DNA from: Candidatus Latescibacterota bacterium
GTDB taxonomy: Bacteria; Latescibacterota; UBA2968; UBA8231
NCBI GenBank assembly: GCA_965243025.1
Contig: CBDETY010000003.1
Location: 6,016,001 to 6,080,000, forward strand
DNA length: 64,000 nucleotides
Direction of reading: 5' to 3'
Shown: one piece after another, positions 58,965-64,000 of the stretch
Numbering within the stretch: position 1 is the stretch's first letter
Layout of the letters: each line of letters starts with the position of its first letter
The notes under the pieces: model-generated
What the model saw: the letters and a program-made list of their open reading frames with translations, nothing else
Databases searched by the model: none
Told to the model about the DNA's origin: nothing
Translations under genes and position numbers: made by a program

Positions 58965-59774
58965 GTGAAAGCCGTGAAGCTTGGCGCTTCGACCATACCG
59001 TTCCTCGGGGAGCCTCTTACCCGTGAGGTGCTGGCGAAGTTCAGAGACGCCGGCATCGAGTCGCTGGAACTGTGCGACTACCACCCCAACTTCGACTTCG
59101 CCGACTCGGGGTTCCGCGCCTTCCTGCGACAGGCCCTTCCCGACATGGGGTTTCACCTCAACTCCATTCACATCCACCTGAAGAACCGCGACCCGGCCTG
59201 CGATCTGGCGAGTCTCGATGAGGCGGGGCGCCGCAAGGCTCTCGACGATCACAAACAGGCGGTGGACCTGGCTGCCGACCTCGGGGGCTGCATCCTGGTG
59301 ACCCACGACATCGCCATTCCCGAGCCGGAGGAGGCGCTGGGCATGGAGAAGCGGGCAGCTTTCCTGCAGAACCTCTGGGAGGTCGCCGGGTACGCCGCGC
59401 CGGTCGGCGTGCGGCTGGCGCTGGAAAACATCCCCCGCGGCTACACCGGGGATCCGCAACGACTGGTCGGCCTGCTGGAAGATCTCGGTGCCCCGAACGT
59501 GGGCGCGGTGATCGACACCGGCCACCGCAACCTCGGCGGCGATCCGGCCGCCGCTCTGAGAACGGTCGGGCGGCATCTGATCACCCTGCACCTGCACGAC
59601 AACCACGGCGAGCGGGACGAGCATCTGCTTCCGGGGCGCGGGAACATCGCCTGGGACGAAGTGAACCGGGCGCTCGCCGAAATCGGCTATGACGGGGTTT
59701 TCATGTACGAGATCAACCGGCCCGAAGACCTGCGGGAGCTGGCAGAGAACGCGGCGTGGATCCAGGGGTTGTAA
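58965..59774 (+). CDS. Sugar phosphate isomerase/epimerase (xylose-isomerase-like TIM barrel)
   Basis: LALEN, DTGH, HLHDN.G..D.HL.PG.G.I.W, MYE. Confidence 0.9.
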   Translation: MKAVKLGASTIPFLGEPLTREVLAKFRDAGIESLELCDYHPNFDFADSGFRAFLRQALPDMGFHLNSIHIHLKNRDPACDLASLDEAGRRKALDDHKQAVDLAADLGGCILVTHDIAIPEPEEALGMEKRAAFLQNLWEVAGYAAPVGVRLALENIPRGYTGDPQRLVGLLEDLGAPNVGAVIDTGHRNLGGDPAAALRTVGRHLITLHLHDNHGERDEHLLPGRGNIAWDEVNRALAEIGYDGVFMYEINRPEDLRELAENAAWIQGL

Positions 59775-59899
59775 ACGGCATGCCGCCGGGACGGGCGGTA
59801 CCGCCGTCCGCACAGCCGCTGCAGGTTATTTTCTTTCCCCCCATAAAAAGGGAATTACATCGAATGTTATGAAAAATCAGCAAGATGGATAGAATTGTG

Positions 59900-59965
59900 G
59901 TTCCCTGTCTGCTTGCCGGAAATCGGGGTGTTGACTGGCTGGCAAGTTCACATGATTGCGTGCAG
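59900..59965 (+). repeat. Degenerate copy of the transposon's left subterminal sequence, outside the element
   Basis: ggggtgttgactggctggcaagttcacatgattgcgtgc vs ggggatgtcggctggctggccatttcacatgattgcctgc (1776-1815). Confidence 0.6.
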
Positions 59966-60159
59966 AGTCATGCAATCTGGAAAGCGCACCTTCACGATTT
60001 TGGCGAATATGACGTTCATATCAGGCTCCAACTCCTTCTCTATCAATGCACTCGGCGTAACGCTACGGGGTTTCCGGAGACTGGTCTATTAGGTTATACC
60101 AGTTTTTTTTTGAAATCGCGCGCCGCACCGGGTCCTTCCGCTCGCTGGTCCAGAGTCAC

Positions 60160-60334
60160 CCAGGAGGTTGTTTCGCCGGCGGGTGCCGCCCCCATTACCC
60201 TCATCGACCGCGAAAAGCTGGTCGGCCTACTCATCCAGTACGGCATAGGAATCCGCAAACGAACGATTCAGTTGTTGGAAATGAACCGGGAAGCCTTCGC
60301 CCCCGAAGAGAAACTGAACGAAGAGAAACCATGA
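60160..60334 (+). pseudogene. Mrr-like restriction endonuclease C-terminal remnant
   Basis: GAAPITLIDREKLVGLLIQYGIGIRKRTI resembles the Mrr_cat tail (I.LIDG..L..LL..GIGV). Confidence 0.65.
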
Positions 60335-60353
60335 GCAAAGAAGGAAAGAAGGG

Positions 60354-63300
60354 ATGATTCCAGCAGGAGTTCGTGTCAGACGCATTGCTGATCCGGGCCG
60401 GATCGGCGTAACAACGGGCAGAAGCCGAGAATTCGCTGGCAAAGAACGGGTTCAGGTGCAGTTTCCGGATCGGGCCGAGTTCATCGCTGTCGACCAAATC
60501 GAGGTTGTCCAAAGCGATGAGGATTATTGGGACCAGATAAAAAAGGGACGCTTTGGTCGTGCGCTGAACTTGCGGCAGACCCTCACCTTCCACCGCCTGA
60601 GTGGTCGGCTTGCCAACGTGATCTACAGTATGCAGACGACAAATACAGATTTTTTTGCCTACCAGTTCAAACCGATTTTCAAACTCCTGCATTCGCCCAC
60701 CAATGGGATACTGATAGCGGATGAGGTGGGTCTGGGAAAAACCATCGAGGCGGGACTGATCTGGACTGAGCTACGCGCCCGGTTCGACGCCCGAAGGCTG
60801 CTGGTGGTCTGTCCGGCTATGCTGCGAGAAAAGTGGCAAGAAGAGTTGCGAGAGCGATTCGGCGTTTCTCCACAACTAACCGAAGTAGATAACCTGCACG
60901 GTGTGTTGCGGGCGTCGGCCACGGGGACCGAACGCGGATTTGCCCTTATTGCCAGCATGCAAGGGATACGTCCGCGGCGGGGATGGGATGAAGTGGAGGA
61001 GCCAGAATCTCTGGGGCCAAGATCGAGGTTTGCGAGGTACTTGCAAGACGCCGCCTATGAAGAGGAGCTCATCGACCTGCTGGTCATTGACGAGGCTCAC
61101 TACCTTCGTAATCCCGAAACGCTGACAGCCAAGATTGGAACATTGCTGCGCAACGTGTCTGCCAATGTCGTCCTTCTTTCCGCAACCCCAATCCACCTTC
61201 ACAATGAAGATTTGTACCAACTGCTCCACCTTGTCGATGAGGACACCTTCGACAGTTCAGCCGACTTCGAGAGAATGGTTCAGGCGAACGAGCCGCTTAT
61301 TCAGGCGCGGGATCTGGTGTTAAGTGGAAGTACAACCCCTGAACGCTTGGTTGAGCTTCTTGTGCAGGCGAGAAGGCACGAACTTCTCGCGGAAAACCGG
61401 CAACTGCAGTCGCTGTTGAAGAACCCACCGGATGAAAGGGTGCTTACCAGCAGCAAGCAACGGCGGGCGATAGCCAACCGACTTGAGGGGGCCAATTTGT
61501 GGAGTCACGTGTACACCAGAACAAGGAAGCGCGACGTTCTAGAGCGACGCGTAGTCCGGGTACCCCGAAAGGAAGCCGTATTGCTCACTTCATTGGAGCG
61601 TGAGTTTTACGACCGGGTCACCGAAGTCGTAACGGACTACGCCAGCAGGGCAGCCATCCCGACCGGGTTCCTCTATGTGACGCCACAACGACAAATGGCC
61701 AGTTCGATGCCGGCCGCCCTCGAGGGATGGCTGTCGCGAAGGAAGCCTTATGAGGAGGAGGTTGCCGAGGATGTGGGTGAGTCGATAGAAACCAACGGCA
61801 GCGGTCTTGGTGACGTTCCCCCTCTCATCAACGAACTGGTGGACCGCTTGGCAGGGGAGTTCCATGTGCAGGAACTGCGAGCGGCCGACACAAAGTACCG
61901 CAGGCTCTCAACGGTTTTACGCAGGTTTCTCACCGACCACGAGGAAGAGAAGGTCGTTGTGTTCGCCTACTTCCGGCCGACTCTCGACTACCTGTACGAG
62001 CGTCTTGCCGAGGATGGGGTCTCCTCGATCGTGCTCAAGGGGGGTGAGGGCCTAGATAAACAAGAGGTGATCCGGACTTTCCGGAAACCGGAAGGTCCCC
62101 GGGTGCTTTTATCGTCGGAGGTCGGCAGTGAGGGGATCGACCTGCAGTTCTGCCATGTTCTTGTGAACTACGACCTCCCCTGGAACCCAATGCGGGTCGA
62201 ACAGCGGATCGGTCGACTAGATCGAATTGGACAGAAGTCAGACCGGATTTCCATCTGGAACCTGTTCGCGGCAGACACCATCGACGAGCGGATCCACGAC
62301 CGCTTGTATATGCGCCTTGATCTGTTCAAAATAGCGCTTGGGGACCTTGAGGCCGTGCTCGGGGAACCGATCCGAGAGCTCACGGTGAATCTGTTGTCCG
62401 GGAGACTGTCGGATGCAGAGCGAAATGAGATGATCGAGCAGACGGCGCAGGCGCTCGTAAACCGAAGGCAGGAAGAAGAGAAGCTTGAGCAGGATGCGGC
62501 GGGCCTGATCGACCACGGGGACTACATCCTCAACGAGGTAGAAGCTGCCCGAGAACTGCAGCGGCGTATTTCTGAGCAGGATCTGGAAGCGTATGTGCGC
62601 GACTTCCTGGACGCGCATTACCCCGGGTGTAGATGGCGGAGCGAGGAGGCGGGCAGGTATGAATTATGGCTTTCGATGGACGCCAGGAATGATCTGGAGG
62701 TCTTCGTCGATAGGGAGAATCTCCGTGGCCTCACGTCGCTGACCCGGACCAATCTGCGAGGAACGAGGTGCAAGTTCGAGAACCGCACAGCGAGTGCTCG
62801 CCCGGGTCAAATCGAGTCGGTGAGCCAGTTTCATCCTCTGGTACGCTGGGTCAGCCATGAGCTGGCGAAGCAGGAATCGCCGCTCCGGGCGGCTGCGGCC
62901 ATTCTCCATCAGTCCGAGCTTTCTGAGGTAGCCGCAGGGGACTATGCCTTCTTCGTGGATCTTTGGGACGTCCAGGGAGTCAGGGACGTCGAGAAGCTGC
63001 ATTTCGAGGTGGAATCACTGGGGGACAGCAGGAACCTGCCGGAGGACCTCGCGGAGCAACTGGTGGTAACGGCTAGTCGGCGAGGACGAGACTGGGTGAC
63101 CGCCGCGGCGGATATGGACTTGGATCTCCTCATCAATGGCATCGAGTCGTGTTTGGCGAAAGCCGAGGAGAAGCATGAGGATTTCGTCAGATCCCTGAGT
63201 GATGAGAACCTGGATAGGGCGGACGTGCAGCTCCAGAACCTGGACCGGCACCACGAGGGGCAGATGCGAAAACTTACCGAAATTCGCGCCGGCCATGAGG

Positions 63301-63464
63301 CTGCCGGGCGTCGATCCTTGGTGCGGGCAACGCAAGGGCGGATTCAAGCCTTAAAATACCGCGTAGAGACCAAACGGAGACGGATCGAAGCCGGAAAAAA
63401 ACAGGTGTCTCATCGTAACGAGATCGCAGTAGGGATTCTGCGAGTCGAGGAGGATGGAGTATGA
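60354..63464 (+). CDS. SNF2-family helicase (RapA/DrmD/ZorD-like)
   Basis: LIADEVGLGKTIEAG, VIDEAHY, LSATP, SEGIDLQ, NYDLPWNPMRVEQRIGRLDRIGQ. Confidence 0.93.
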   Translation: MIPAGVRVRRIADPGRIGVTTGRSREFAGKERVQVQFPDRAEFIAVDQIEVVQSDEDYWDQIKKGRFGRALNLRQTLTFHRLSGRLANVIYSMQTTNTDFFAYQFKPIFKLLHSPTNGILIADEVGLGKTIEAGLIWTELRARFDARRLLVVCPAMLREKWQEELRERFGVSPQLTEVDNLHGVLRASATGTERGFALIASMQGIRPRRGWDEVEEPESLGPRSRFARYLQDAAYEEELIDLLVIDEAHYLRNPETLTAKIGTLLRNVSANVVLLSATPIHLHNEDLYQLLHLVDEDTFDSSADFERMVQANEPLIQARDLVLSGSTTPERLVELLVQARRHELLAENRQLQSLLKNPPDERVLTSSKQRRAIANRLEGANLWSHVYTRTRKRDVLERRVVRVPRKEAVLLTSLEREFYDRVTEVVTDYASRAAIPTGFLYVTPQRQMASSMPAALEGWLSRRKPYEEEVAEDVGESIETNGSGLGDVPPLINELVDRLAGEFHVQELRAADTKYRRLSTVLRRFLTDHEEEKVVVFAYFRPTLDYLYERLAEDGVSSIVLKGGEGLDKQEVIRTFRKPEGPRVLLSSEVGSEGIDLQFCHVLVNYDLPWNPMRVEQRIGRLDRIGQKSDRISIWNLFAADTIDERIHDRLYMRLDLFKIALGDLEAVLGEPIRELTVNLLSGRLSDAERNEMIEQTAQALVNRRQEEEKLEQDAAGLIDHGDYILNEVEAARELQRRISEQDLEAYVRDFLDAHYPGCRWRSEEAGRYELWLSMDARNDLEVFVDRENLRGLTSLTRTNLRGTRCKFENRTASARPGQIESVSQFHPLVRWVSHELAKQESPLRAAAAILHQSELSEVAAGDYAFFVDLWDVQGVRDVEKLHFEVESLGDSRNLPEDLAEQLVVTASRRGRDWVTAAADMDLDLLINGIESCLAKAEEKHEDFVRSLSDENLDRADVQLQNLDRHHEGQMRKLTEIRAGHEAAGRRSLVRATQGRIQALKYRVETKRRRIEAGKKQVSHRNEIAVGILRVEEDGV

Positions 63465-64000
63465 GCAAGGCAGGTCGGTCTGACACGCTTTTTCAACGAA
63501 TCATCGAGAAGTTTAGAGGCACCGGATCCGGCGTTACAACAGACCCTGGCTCAAGAACCAAGGACACACTATCTCCGGACAAGGCACCTGATGATGTCAG
63601 AGCCAAAGCCATGCAACCGAGCGTCAAAGCTGCAGATGATGCTGCCCTATACTCCGAGCTGGTAGTTGGAATCGATTTTGGCAGTTGTTGGACAAAGGTT
63701 ATTGTTCGGGACATAAACCGCCAGAGGACTTGGGCGGTCCCATTCAAAGAAACAGAGTCGACAGGGGCCTATCTGCAGTACACCGCCATCGAGGGGTTGG
63801 CGGAGGGGCAACCCAAGCTGGTCGAGGCACTGGCAACCGGGGGGGATAGCCTCAAAGTCCAGTTACTTGCCTGTGCAAGGGAAGGGACCGTTTCCCCGCC
63901 TACTACCGAAGAGATTGGGAGCGTTGTTTTCCTGGCTTTGATCCTTCGCAAGGTAAAGGAGTATGTCCATAACCTGCCGTTGTATAAGGACGGCAGGGTG
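63461..64000 (+). CDS. Partial ORF with actin/Hsp70-like phosphate-1 motif (runs off the window)
   Basis: ATGA overlap with the helicase stop; 180 open codons; LVVGIDFGSCWTKV. Confidence 0.7.
   Translation, partial: MSKAGRSDTLFQRIIEKFRGTGSGVTTDPGSRTKDTLSPDKAPDDVRAKAMQPSVKAADDAALYSELVVGIDFGSCWTKVIVRDINRQRTWAVPFKETESTGAYLQYTAIEGLAEGQPKLVEALATGGDSLKVQLLACAREGTVSPPTTEEIGSVVFLALILRKVKEYVHNLPLYKDGRV

Overview
GC-rich bacterial DNA. The gene content (FlgD-Ig/T9SS-type-A tails, a PorU-like C25 protein, a C-terminal WGRIK motif, several PhyH dioxygenases, FN3 arrays, many IS1595) suggests an FCB-group organism such as Ca. Latescibacterota, possibly a sponge symbiont; this is inference only. The main structure is a 40,424-bp element (1644-42067). 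It has terminal inverted repeats (GGGATATATGyATTTAATTACACAAG), a perfect 8-bp target-site duplication (ACCAGAAC) and ~2.5-kb inverted arms, each with an outward-facing IS1595-family transposase. It splits a ~655-aa polytopic membrane-protein gene whose halves rejoin in frame. Its cargo is two giant secreted proteins sharing a dockerin-like/cohesin-like/FlgD-Ig C-terminal cassette (one with 21 FN3 repeats), a small dockerin-like protein, a PorU-like protein with Ser at the catalytic Cys position, a SWIB-DnaJ fusion, RadC, three tandem RHH-like genes, a third IS1595, inverted IS21 copies and a family of non-coding repeats oriented symmetrically about the centre. To the right lie catabolic genes (PhyH, BNR/propeller hydrolases, an RspA-like dehydratase, an isomerase), a NarL-type regulator / triple operator / secreted CxxxC..CxC peptide module, and the start of a probable defence locus (Mrr remnant, SNF2 helicase, actin/Hsp70-fold protein). 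I saw no rRNA, tRNA or CRISPR array. All alignments were done by eye and no database was searched.
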